Shown here in pieces: positions 18,390-25,699 of a stretch of DNA of 29,947 bases. The stretch's first letter is position 1. Each line of letters opens with the position of its first letter. The position numbers were made by a program, and so were the translations under genes. Under the pieces are notes generated by a model. That model ran no database searches. It was not told the origin of the DNA and was given only the letters and a program-made list of their open reading frames with translations. The DNA comes from a virus (Duplodnaviria; Caudoviricetes), in the IMG/VR virus record IMGVR_UViG_3300041402_000544, positions 1 to 29,947 of that record; one strand, written 5' to 3'.

Positions 18390-18779
18390 ATGTCTGGTTT
18401 AACTTTTATCATTACTGACACGAAGTATGACACGGCAAAAACGGATGACATTTTAAGCAAGATTGGAGAAGTTTTACCGCATGGTTCCGGTATTAACAGC
18501 GACTGGAACATTATGATGGCAAGTAACACACGTGTCCGGTGCCAAAGTTCATTCCATTGCATGGATGAAAATGGTATGTATGATGGTCACGCGGACTTTG
18601 TTTTTCTTTTCGATCTGCGGGATGCGCTCCATGGTGGTGATTATACCCGTTTAATGTTTATCGGCCGTGAATCGCAGTACAAAGCTAAAAAATATGATCT
18701 GCGGGATTACCTTTGGGACCTGTTATGTGAAACTTTGTATTATGCTTTCGGTGGCGAAGACATTCGCAAAGCATTTTAA
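18390..18779 (+). CDS. Hypothetical early protein
   Basis: 129 aa, AAAGGAGG RBS; LPHGSGIN...FHCMDENGMYDG. Confidence 0.85.
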   Translation: MSGLTFIITDTKYDTAKTDDILSKIGEVLPHGSGINSDWNIMMASNTRVRCQSSFHCMDENGMYDGHADFVFLFDLRDALHGGDYTRLMFIGRESQYKAKKYDLRDYLWDLLCETLYYAFGGEDIRKAF

Positions 18780-18860
18780 GCTGAAACCTTGTAAATCGCC
18801 TATTTTAGCCGGTTTACAGGGTCTGCGCGGTTTGGTCACCGCGTACTGATGAGGCGACCA
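18780..18860 (+). ncRNA. Type II hammerhead ribozyme HH3
   Basis: GCT GAAA; stem III CCTTGTAAATCG/CGGTTTACAGGG; GUC site (3' of 18823); stem I TGCGCGGT/ACCGCGTA; CTGATGA 18846-52; loop TGGTC pairs with tail GACCA. Confidence 0.92.
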
Positions 18861-18893
18861 TTTTATTAACTTTATTTTATAGGAGGATTTATC

Positions 18894-19274
18894 ATGACGA
18901 AAGCTAACAAGAAAATTGACAAGAGCCGTAAGACTGTTGTAAAGACTGCCAAGAAAGCCATTAAAAAGGCTGTCAAAAAGGCTATCAAGGCAACGCCGAA
19001 GAAAAAACCGGTCGTTACCATTAAAGCCAACGGCGTCAACAAAATGAAAAGCAGTCTGAAGATCCAAAAAGCATTGGCTCCCAAAGTAACGGAAGCAATG
19101 CGGGAAAGCGAATACGAGCGCTTTATTGATCTGGACGAAAAGCAATTGCTCAGCCGGATTGACCGCCTTAAAAGCGCTGTCAGGCTGGAAGTAATGCGGC
19201 AAATTGCCAAGATGTGTGGCGAAAAAAAGCTGATGCGTATCGCACGTGCGAAACGTAATGAAGTTTTTGCTTAA
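18894..19274 (+). CDS. Lys/Ala-rich basic protein (histone H1-like N-terminus)
   Basis: KTAKKAIKKAVKKAIKATPKKK repeats; AGGAGG RBS. Confidence 0.82.
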   Translation: MTKANKKIDKSRKTVVKTAKKAIKKAVKKAIKATPKKKPVVTIKANGVNKMKSSLKIQKALAPKVTEAMRESEYERFIDLDEKQLLSRIDRLKSAVRLEVMRQIAKMCGEKKLMRIARAKRNEVFA

Positions 19275-19276
19275 GA

Positions 19277-19359
19277 GCCGAAATGCTGTGGATCCCCGGT
19301 TATTAGGGGTCTACAGCATCTATGCAGGATGGTTTCCTGCATACTGATGAGGCAAACCA
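19277..19359 (+). ncRNA. Type II hammerhead ribozyme HH4
   Basis: GCC GAAA; stem III TGCTGTGGATCCC/GGGGTCTACAGCA; AUC site (3' of 19320); stem I TATGCAGGA/TCCTGCATA; CTGATGA 19344-50; loop TGGTT pairs with tail AACCA. Confidence 0.94.
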
Positions 19360-19378
19360 CTATAAAGGAGGATTAAAT

Positions 19379-19765
19379 ATGGACTTTGAAAAAGTCAAAG
19401 AGATCGTAGTAAAGGTTTTATCCAATTACGGATTAACCAATGAAGTAGAATTAAACACCGAAGATGATGCTTTTCCCTATTTGCAAATCGGTAAGGAATT
19501 CAGCATTGAGTTAAGCAAAGCAAATGAAAACAAATTTCAATTGACTTTGTGGGAACACATTCCAGCCACACGGCACGAGCCGGAAGACGTAAATGAGAAA
19601 ACCTTATTGCAGGATACTGATTTGACTCAGGCAATCCTGCGAATCATCAACGAATGGCACCACAATTTATTTCAAAACGCTTGGGAATATGCGGATATGC
19701 TAATTGAAGATGCCGAAGATGATGAAACGGGAGCAAATTGCCCGATTTGTACGCCGAATGAATAG
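19379..19765 (+). CDS. Hypothetical acidic early protein
   Basis: Start reassigned to ATG 19379 after AAAGGAGG; the ORF-track extension runs through HH4. Confidence 0.82.
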   Translation: MDFEKVKEIVVKVLSNYGLTNEVELNTEDDAFPYLQIGKEFSIELSKANENKFQLTLWEHIPATRHEPEDVNEKTLLQDTDLTQAILRIINEWHHNLFQNAWEYADMLIEDAEDDETGANCPICTPNE

Positions 19766-19846
19766 CCGAAACCCTGTAAATCCCCTACAATTGGGCGTCT
19801 ACAGGGTCTGCATAAGATGACTTCTTATGTGCTGATGAGGCAAGTC
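19765..19846 (+). ncRNA. Type II hammerhead ribozyme HH5
   Basis: GCC shares the G of the upstream TAG; GAAA; stem III CCCTGTA/TACAGGG; GUC site (3' of 19808); stem I TGCATAAGA/TCTTATGTG; CTGATGA 19832-38; loop GACT pairs with tail AGTC. Confidence 0.92.
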
Positions 19847-19879
19847 TATTTATAAACCATTTAACAGGAGGATTTAAAA

Positions 19880-20224
19880 ATGCTAAACTTAACACCATTT
19901 CAGGACATCGACTGGGATTGCTATGCCGGATGCGAAGACAAAAATCCGCTTATAGCAGATGACGTAATTACCATTGACTTGAACGGTTGCGGTTATGTCG
20001 GGCAAGTAATTGTAGATGGCTTTTTTGTAGTCATCCACATTGATCTTGCAAGTTATTTGGAAAACGATGACATTTCTTCGATTAAGGATCATCCTGTTTT
20101 AAATCAAGAAATGTCAATCATAAGCGAGCACATGACAAGGGAATTTGCCGTTAATATGGCAAAATCAATTCCTGACAAACCGACCGCAGAATGGCTATTT
20201 TTAAACGGTTTTAAATTGAGTTAA
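19880..20224 (+). CDS. Hypothetical acidic early protein
   Basis: 114 aa, AGGAGG RBS. Confidence 0.82.
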   Translation: MLNLTPFQDIDWDCYAGCEDKNPLIADDVITIDLNGCGYVGQVIVDGFFVVIHIDLASYLENDDISSIKDHPVLNQEMSIISEHMTREFAVNMAKSIPDKPTAEWLFLNGFKLS

Positions 20225-20235
20225 TGGAGGTCAGT

Positions 20236-20529
20236 ATGGATCGGTTAAAAGTATTTTTGGTTGGAGCAGGAATCCTTATGCTTTTCCTTATTATGGTCAT
20301 GTTGCAAAGTTGCAAAACCTTAAATACCGATGGGTATCTGCAAAAAAGTAACATAGATCCCCGGAAGACGGTCGTTTACGACAAGGACGCTAAGGATCAA
20401 GGTTATTTACAGGAATCATATCTTGATCGCCGGCGGACAACGCAATATGATAAAAAAGGGAACATAAAAGGATACTGGCAACAAGACTATGTGGATCCGC
20501 GTAAAACGCGGTTCTACAAGAAGAAGTAA
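20236..20529 (+). CDS. Putative lipoprotein with three internal repeats
   Basis: GGAGG RBS; signal MDRLKVFLVGAGILMLFLIMVMLQS-C (lipobox-like); repeats GY(L/W)Q-x4-D-x-R-x-T-x2-Y-x-K three times. Confidence 0.75.
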   Translation: MDRLKVFLVGAGILMLFLIMVMLQSCKTLNTDGYLQKSNIDPRKTVVYDKDAKDQGYLQESYLDRRRTTQYDKKGNIKGYWQQDYVDPRKTRFYKKK

Positions 20530-20600
20530 GCCGAAACTGTCGCTTGTAGATCGGCGGCAGTCGGGTGATTGTGGCAAATCACTCCTGATGAGGCAAGCCA
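20530..20600 (+). ncRNA. Type II hammerhead ribozyme HH6
   Basis: GCC GAAA; stem III CTGTCGCT/GGCGGCAG; GUC site (3' of 20562); stem I GGGTGATT/AATCACTC; CTGATGA 20585-91; loop TGGC pairs with tail GCCA. Confidence 0.93.
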
Positions 20601-20626
20601 AAAAACCTAATTAAAGGAGGATTATT

Positions 20627-21043
20627 ATGTCAAGAATTAAAACAAACCCGAAAAAGAAGAAGAGTATTATGCCAAAAGTCGAATTTGAAGTTGAAATTTT
20701 AGCCGACCTGATTGGTGGGCGTCCTGACAAGTCAAAGTGCATCCGGTTATCTATGAACCCGGAAGCGGTATTAAAGCGGGAATTTGACTTTTTTGATTTA
20801 ACTCCCGACAATGCTTATGCCTTAAAGGAAAAACTGGGAAAAGCCTTGGACCACATTAAAGATGTGGCGGATGCCTACAATACGCTGGATGAAATTGATA
20901 CCCATCTTGAATCCATGCAAAGCACCGTAACAGAGGCGCGGGACCGCATTGCAGATATGGAAAACGAAACTGCAATTGATGATATTTCAAGCGATCTGGA
21001 TGGCGATATGCGAGACCTAACTGAAGCGGTTGAAAGTCTTTAA
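20627..21043 (+). CDS. Hypothetical protein with acidic coiled-coil C-terminus
   Basis: 138 aa, AAAGGAGG RBS. Confidence 0.82.
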   Translation: MSRIKTNPKKKKSIMPKVEFEVEILADLIGGRPDKSKCIRLSMNPEAVLKREFDFFDLTPDNAYALKEKLGKALDHIKDVADAYNTLDEIDTHLESMQSTVTEARDRIADMENETAIDDISSDLDGDMRDLTEAVESL

Positions 21044-21117
21044 GCCGAAACGCCTGCCGATCACCATCTGGTGGGCGTCTACGCAAGGTGGCGCTTGCGT
21101 ACCGATGAGGCAAGCCA
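21044..21117 (+). ncRNA. Type II hammerhead HH7 (core variant CCGAUGA)
   Basis: GCC GAAA; stem III CGCCTGCC/GGTGGGCG; GUC site (3' of 21079); stem I TACGCAAG/CTTGCGTA; CCGATGA 21102-08; loop TGGC pairs with tail GCCA. Confidence 0.85.
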
Positions 21118-21140
21118 ATAACTTATAAAGGAGGATTATT

Positions 21141-21338
21141 ATGGGACGGTTCAAATACTATGCACCATTGGACCCGGAATGCCCGGAAGTAATTGAATAT
21201 CACGAGGCATTTGATGACGACCCAATCATGAAAATGTCAGGATGCGCGGGCGAATTTAGGGAAGACTTTGAAAACAAGCATCGTGGCAATTGCAAACGCT
21301 GTCAGTTATATGGCGCGGCAAATATCGATATCGTGTAG
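21141..21338 (+). CDS. Hypothetical small Cys-containing protein
   Basis: 65 aa, AAAGGAGG RBS, H-x3-CKRC. Confidence 0.8.
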   Translation: MGRFKYYAPLDPECPEVIEYHEAFDDDPIMKMSGCAGEFREDFENKHRGNCKRCQLYGAANIDIV

Positions 21339-21347
21339 GAGAAAATT

Positions 21348-21509
21348 ATGGCGAAAGTAATTAAGATTGCTGAATACCGTGGAGTTAAAATCAGGAGCGG
21401 CGATAAAGCGGTTTTGCACCTGACTGACTCCAAGCTGGAGAAAATCCATTTGCATTTAACTTGGACACAAGTTAAGGCGATATTAAGGGATTTTGGCAAG
21501 GCAAAGTAA
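21348..21509 (+). CDS. Hypothetical small protein (53 aa)
   Basis: Below ORF cutoff; AGGAG RBS; MAKVIKIAEYRGVKIRSGDKAVLHLTDSKLEKIHLHLTWTQVKAILRDFGKAK; stop lies directly before HH8. Confidence 0.75.
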   Translation: MAKVIKIAEYRGVKIRSGDKAVLHLTDSKLEKIHLHLTWTQVKAILRDFGKAK

Positions 21510-21510
21510 A

Positions 21511-21588
21511 CCCGAAACGCCTGTAGATGCACTATCTATAGGCGTCTGCGCGTCTGGTAGGCGGGCGCGTACTGATGAGGACAGCCTA
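21511..21588 (+). ncRNA. Type II hammerhead HH8 (2-bp stem II)
   Basis: CCC GAAA; stem III CGCCTGTAGAT/ATCTATAGGCG; GUC site (3' of 21546); stem I TGCGCGTCT/GGGCGCGTA; CTGATGA 21572-78 then GGA; loop TAGGC pairs with tail GCCTA. Confidence 0.88.
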
Positions 21589-21614
21589 AAACCATTTAAC
21601 AGGAGGATTTAATT

Positions 21615-21827
21615 ATGAGCAAAAAGGTTGAAATTTTGCTTGGCAAAGACGGCTCGATTCGCGTTGAGGCATTTGGCTTTAAAGGTGAATCCTGCGAAGA
21701 GGCAACCGCATTCCTTGATAAAATCTTCGGCAAGGCAAAGAAGGTGGACCACAAGGATTCTTATTATGAAGAAAATACCGTGAAAGACTTCGACGTTGAT
21801 GGTCTTCCCGGTGGACATTGCGGTTAA
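21615..21827 (+). CDS. DUF2997-like protein
   Basis: VEILLGKDGSIRVEAFGFKGESCEEATAFL matches the family pattern from recall. Confidence 0.8.
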   Translation: MSKKVEILLGKDGSIRVEAFGFKGESCEEATAFLDKIFGKAKKVDHKDSYYEENTVKDFDVDGLPGGHCG

Positions 21828-21839
21828 GGAGGTGAAACC

Positions 21840-22208
21840 ATGAGCCACATAAGCGAATATAGCCAAAAGATTAAAGACAAGGATATGTTTTTAGAAATTT
21901 GTGAGCAATTAGGTTATGAGACAAGACGCGGTGATCTAATTGTAAAGCAATTCGGGCGCAACGAAGTCCGCGCCATTGGCTCGGTTAAGCTTCCCGGCTG
22001 GAATTACGAAGTTGCCTTAACTGAAGATGGCAAGTTAAAGTACGACCATTGGGGAAGTGAAAAAGATTCCATGGATTATTTGGGACTGACAATCCAGCGC
22101 TACAATGATGCAAAGGTACGGACTGAAATTCCGTACGATGAAATTGAAGACTGGACAACCGAAGAAATGCCAAATGGCGACAAGAAAATCGTGCTTGAAT
22201 ATGCTTAA
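21840..22208 (+). CDS. DUF1257 (Ycf35-like) protein
   Basis: MSHIS...IKD...LGY start, D-x-W motif, Q-x-Y, and C-terminal NGDKKIVL; adjacent to DUF2997 and near a Ycf46-like ATPase. Confidence 0.72.
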   Translation: MSHISEYSQKIKDKDMFLEICEQLGYETRRGDLIVKQFGRNEVRAIGSVKLPGWNYEVALTEDGKLKYDHWGSEKDSMDYLGLTIQRYNDAKVRTEIPYDEIEDWTTEEMPNGDKKIVLEYA

Positions 22209-22212
22209 ACCT

Positions 22213-22297
22213 GCCGATAACCCTGTAAATCCCCGGTCTACGGGGCTCTACGGGGTCTGCGTATGGGTGGTTCCCTGCGTACTGATGAGGCAAACCA
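22213..22297 (+). ncRNA. Type II hammerhead HH9 (GAUAA insertion variant)
   Basis: GCC GATAA; stem III CCCTGTA..CCCCG/CGGGG..TACGGGG; GUC site (3' of 22257); bulged stem I TGCGTATGGG/CCCTGCGTA; CTGATGA 22282-88; loop TGGTT pairs with tail AACCA. Confidence 0.85.
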
Positions 22298-22323
22298 ATA
22301 ACTCATTTACAGGAGGATTAAAA

Positions 22324-22884
22324 ATGGACAAAGTAGAAATCCAAAGTATTGCGAGTGAAATTGACTCGTGGGTACAGGATGCCGTTGGAGATTGTGCCGG
22401 TCATGATGAAGAATCCTTAAAGGCAAATTTAAGCATGGATTCCAAATGGCTTAAAAAGGTAGCAAAGGCCAAAAAGGACGGCGTGGTGGACATCTGCGGT
22501 TGGTTGGCAGATGAATTATACAACCACGTTGACACCTTATGCGACCTGACCGGCGACCGTATCCATGAAAATGGCAAAGGCGATTATGAGACAATGATTC
22601 ATATCGCCAACGAAATTGCAGTTAAAGGACATCCTGCAATGCAGGAGGCAATGACAAAGCATATCGCGCGGTGGCGTGAAATGTTACCAGTCATTGTTAT
22701 TTGCGTTCATTGCGATGCTGTTTTGAAAAAGATTGGCAATCCTAAATATATCAGTCATTCAGATTGCCTCGGCTACAAGGATAAACCCTGTAAAGCCGGT
22801 CGTTTGTACCATCTGCGGTTAAGCCGTCAGCTTAGATATGAAAAATTTGACGATTATTTGCAGTCATTTAAACGTGAAAAGTAA
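22324..22884 (+). CDS. Hypothetical protein with C-terminal CxxC..H.C
   Basis: Start reassigned to ATG 22324 after AGGAGG; the ORF-track extension crosses the previous gene and HH9. Confidence 0.8.
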   Translation: MDKVEIQSIASEIDSWVQDAVGDCAGHDEESLKANLSMDSKWLKKVAKAKKDGVVDICGWLADELYNHVDTLCDLTGDRIHENGKGDYETMIHIANEIAVKGHPAMQEAMTKHIARWREMLPVIVICVHCDAVLKKIGNPKYISHSDCLGYKDKPCKAGRLYHLRLSRQLRYEKFDDYLQSFKREK

Positions 22885-22885
22885 A

Positions 22886-22961
22886 GCCGAAACGCCTGCC
22901 AGTCCCCGACTGGTGGGCTTCTGCGGAGTGTAGGCAACTCCGTACTGATGAGGCAAGCCTA
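22886..22961 (+). ncRNA. Type II hammerhead HH10 (UUC site, C-U mismatch at base of stem III)
   Basis: GCC GAAA C; stem III GCCTGCCAGTC/GACTGGTGGGC; TTC (3' of 22921); stem I TGCGGAGT/ACTCCGTA; CTGATGA 22945-51; loop TAGGC pairs with tail GCCTA. Confidence 0.85.
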
Positions 22962-22992
22962 TTTTATTAACTTTTTTAAAGGAGGATTAGTT

Positions 22993-24411
22993 ATGGATTC
23001 TGAAAAACTTATTAATTACTTAAGAGCCGGATTCCCATGTTTTTGGATGACGACTTCAGAACCGGATCGAGTGCGGAAGTTACTTTATCCGGCGCTGGAA
23101 GCCTACGAGCTAAAGGATGGCGGGAAGTATAAGGTGCAAGATTGGACGTGCATCAAAGAAAAGGACCCGTTGGCTCCCCTGACTGCGCTAACAGAAGGTG
23201 AGCATAACACGGTTACTTTTCTCTACAACTTCCATTGGTACATCGGCAAGCAACCTGTCATGCAGGCTATCCAAGATTTTGTACCACTATGGTCAAATCA
23301 AGGAAAGGCAATTGTTATCGTTAGCGCAATTGAGAAGATTCCTAAGGAATTGGAAAAAGATTTTACTCTTATTCCATTGCAGTTACCAAAGGAAGATGAA
23401 ATTATACAGGCGCTGGAAACGGTGGCTCCACAAAGCGACTATATGCCAAAGGATCGCGACAGCATTATTCGCGTGTCCAAAGGTTTGACTCGCCGGGAGT
23501 TGGAAAATGTTTTTGCATTATCCCTTGTAGAACATGGAGAGTTTAATATCCAGACGATCAATGACTACCGGTCGCAGATCGTTGCCAAAAGCGGACTCGC
23601 GGACATCCTGTCAACCGATTTAACCTTTGCGGATGTAATTGGTTATCAGGAAATTAAGGATCAGGTTATGGACACAATCCACAAGCCGGATTCGAAAGGC
23701 ATCATAGCAATTGGTCCAGCGGGAACTGGTAAAACAACTCTTATGCAAGCAATTGCAAATGAGTCTGGAAAGTTAGCAGTTAAGGTGCGGACCGGAATGC
23801 TTTTTAGCAAGTATCAAGGCGAAACAGATCAAAACGTGGATGCTTTGATTAATTTGCTCATAGCACTTGGCGATGTTTTTGTGCTTTTCGATGAATTTGA
23901 AAAGCAATTCGCCGGCGTCGGTGGACATGGCGAGATGGATAGTGGTACTACCACGCGGATGGGCGGTCGGTTCCTGGAATTTTTTCAGGACACGCCGTCA
24001 GGCATCTACCGCGGAGCTACCTGCAACTCGTTTATGGGTATTCCTCCGGCATACTTCCGGCCAGGACGGTGGGATTCCTCACCGTTTTATGTTGGTCTGC
24101 CTACGGAACAGGTTAAAACAAAAATTTTGGAATACTATATTTCAAAATTCGACCTGACAAAAAAGCAAATCAAGGAAACGCCTAAAATGGTAGACTGGAC
24201 GGGCGCTGAAATTGAGGCATTGTGCCATAATGCATCCATGCGAGACCTTTCGCTAATGGAGGCAAGCCAATTCGTATTGGCAATGGCGGCAGTCGCTAAG
24301 GAAGATATCCAGGCGCTTGAAAAATGGGCGAAAGGCCGAACAATTAATGCTGAAAAGGTTCCTGCTGTTAAATCGGCGGTATCCGCGGGAAAGCGCAAAG
24401 TTGATCTGTAG
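22993..24411 (+). CDS. AAA+ ATPase (Ycf46-like)
   Basis: Walker A GPAGTGKT, SKYQGETD, Walker B VLFDEFEK, SRH ATCN...RPGRWD, WTGAEIE; degenerate N-terminal AAA domain; start after AAAGGAGG. Confidence 0.9.
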   Translation: MDSEKLINYLRAGFPCFWMTTSEPDRVRKLLYPALEAYELKDGGKYKVQDWTCIKEKDPLAPLTALTEGEHNTVTFLYNFHWYIGKQPVMQAIQDFVPLWSNQGKAIVIVSAIEKIPKELEKDFTLIPLQLPKEDEIIQALETVAPQSDYMPKDRDSIIRVSKGLTRRELENVFALSLVEHGEFNIQTINDYRSQIVAKSGLADILSTDLTFADVIGYQEIKDQVMDTIHKPDSKGIIAIGPAGTGKTTLMQAIANESGKLAVKVRTGMLFSKYQGETDQNVDALINLLIALGDVFVLFDEFEKQFAGVGGHGEMDSGTTTRMGGRFLEFFQDTPSGIYRGATCNSFMGIPPAYFRPGRWDSSPFYVGLPTEQVKTKILEYYISKFDLTKKQIKETPKMVDWTGAEIEALCHNASMRDLSLMEASQFVLAMAAVAKEDIQALEKWAKGRTINAEKVPAVKSAVSAGKRKVDL

Positions 24412-24414
24412 TAC

Positions 24415-24485
24415 TTGAACAATCTTAGGTGCCGCGAGTAGAAATGCTCGCGGCTCCCATAGGATGTTCAATCAAGAACATTCTG
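24415..24485 (+). other. Structured intergenic RNA element (non-hammerhead)
   Basis: Hairpin GCCGCGAGTA-GAAA-TGCTCGCGGC, extended by TTGAAC-A-ATCTTA/TAGGATGTTCAA or followed by alternative hairpin AGGATGTTC/GAACATTCT. Confidence 0.6.
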
Positions 24486-24509
24486 AAAACAAATAAAGGA
24501 GGATTAATT

Positions 24510-25649
24510 ATGAGCAAAGAGTTTATTGGTATCGGTGCAAATCCAGACGTACCGGAGGCTCATGTGCATCTTGTAGCAAAGGGTCCGGGTAAAACCGGAG
24601 TTGCCTTTTGCGATAGGCGCACAACCGGTCTGGTTTATCAAGTGTTAATGACTGCCGCAGATGTTACTTGTAAAAAGTGCATGGAATATAAGGTATTCAA
24701 AGACATGATTGATCCCAGCCGCGCTAAGTCCCCGGATACCGTAGGAATACCGACAGCCAAAACCAAACCACCAGAGAAGAAAACGGAAACGGAGAAAAAG
24801 GCCGAAGCAAAGAAGGCCGCTGACAAGGATCTTGCAGATGACTTTAAAAAGACCAAGAAAGCGGCTGAAAAGAAAAAGGCAACACCGAAGAAAACGATGG
24901 AACCGTATGTTGACTTCGCCGCTGTCCCCAACAAGGATGGCACTTATAAGGTTAAGCACATTCCAAGCGGACGCGATTTCTTCGATACTGTTCCGGCATC
25001 TGTAATTGCCTTTGCTTTAGAGGCAATTAACTCTCTGGAGGACCGATGGGCAGGAGGCGGCAAGCCGATCCCCGAAAATTACGTTGCTACCGTTCGGGAT
25101 GCAGTTAAAAAGGTTTATAAAGATCGGAAAGTTAAACCGCCAGAGCATTTAACGCGGAAGCCTAAAAAGCAAAAGAAGAAAAAGCCACCGAAGGCACCAA
25201 AGGGAATAAAAACTGGCGATCAGGAAAGGCAAAAAGGCATCCTGATGGAATGGAACGGCAACCGCTGGATGCGTATCCAACGGCGTGTGGTTAAGCGCCG
25301 AGGCAAAGCCGAAGAAAAACCAGGAAGAGTTATTAAGCGACGCGGTGAATCCCCGGATACCAAGGGAAAACGCCAAATTAAACGGCGTGAAACACCTGCT
25401 GGACTTAATAAATACGGACAGGTTATGGATAAGCCTCCTGCATTAATCGCTGCCCATCTGCAAAACGGCGTCCATTTAAGTGTAGTTATTTCCGAATTGC
25501 AGGAAAAATTTGGGATGACCGAAAAACGCGCTCACAGTAAATTCCGGGCAATCACCCGTAAAATGGCGCGGCGGTTGGGAATTCAAATAACTCACATTTT
25601 GATGGGCGATCCAAGCAATGATTTTTACCACATTGTGGATGAAGATTAA
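24510..25649 (+). CDS. Lys-rich multidomain hypothetical protein
   Basis: Start after AAAGGAGG; N-terminal H...C...VTCKKC Zn-finger-like motif; basic linkers; possible C-terminal winged helix. Confidence 0.8.
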   Translation: MSKEFIGIGANPDVPEAHVHLVAKGPGKTGVAFCDRRTTGLVYQVLMTAADVTCKKCMEYKVFKDMIDPSRAKSPDTVGIPTAKTKPPEKKTETEKKAEAKKAADKDLADDFKKTKKAAEKKKATPKKTMEPYVDFAAVPNKDGTYKVKHIPSGRDFFDTVPASVIAFALEAINSLEDRWAGGGKPIPENYVATVRDAVKKVYKDRKVKPPEHLTRKPKKQKKKKPPKAPKGIKTGDQERQKGILMEWNGNRWMRIQRRVVKRRGKAEEKPGRVIKRRGESPDTKGKRQIKRRETPAGLNKYGQVMDKPPALIAAHLQNGVHLSVVISELQEKFGMTEKRAHSKFRAITRKMARRLGIQITHILMGDPSNDFYHIVDED

Positions 25650-25699
25650 CTCTGAGTGCCTGTGGATCCCCGTTATTTGGGGATCTACGGGCATCCAAA

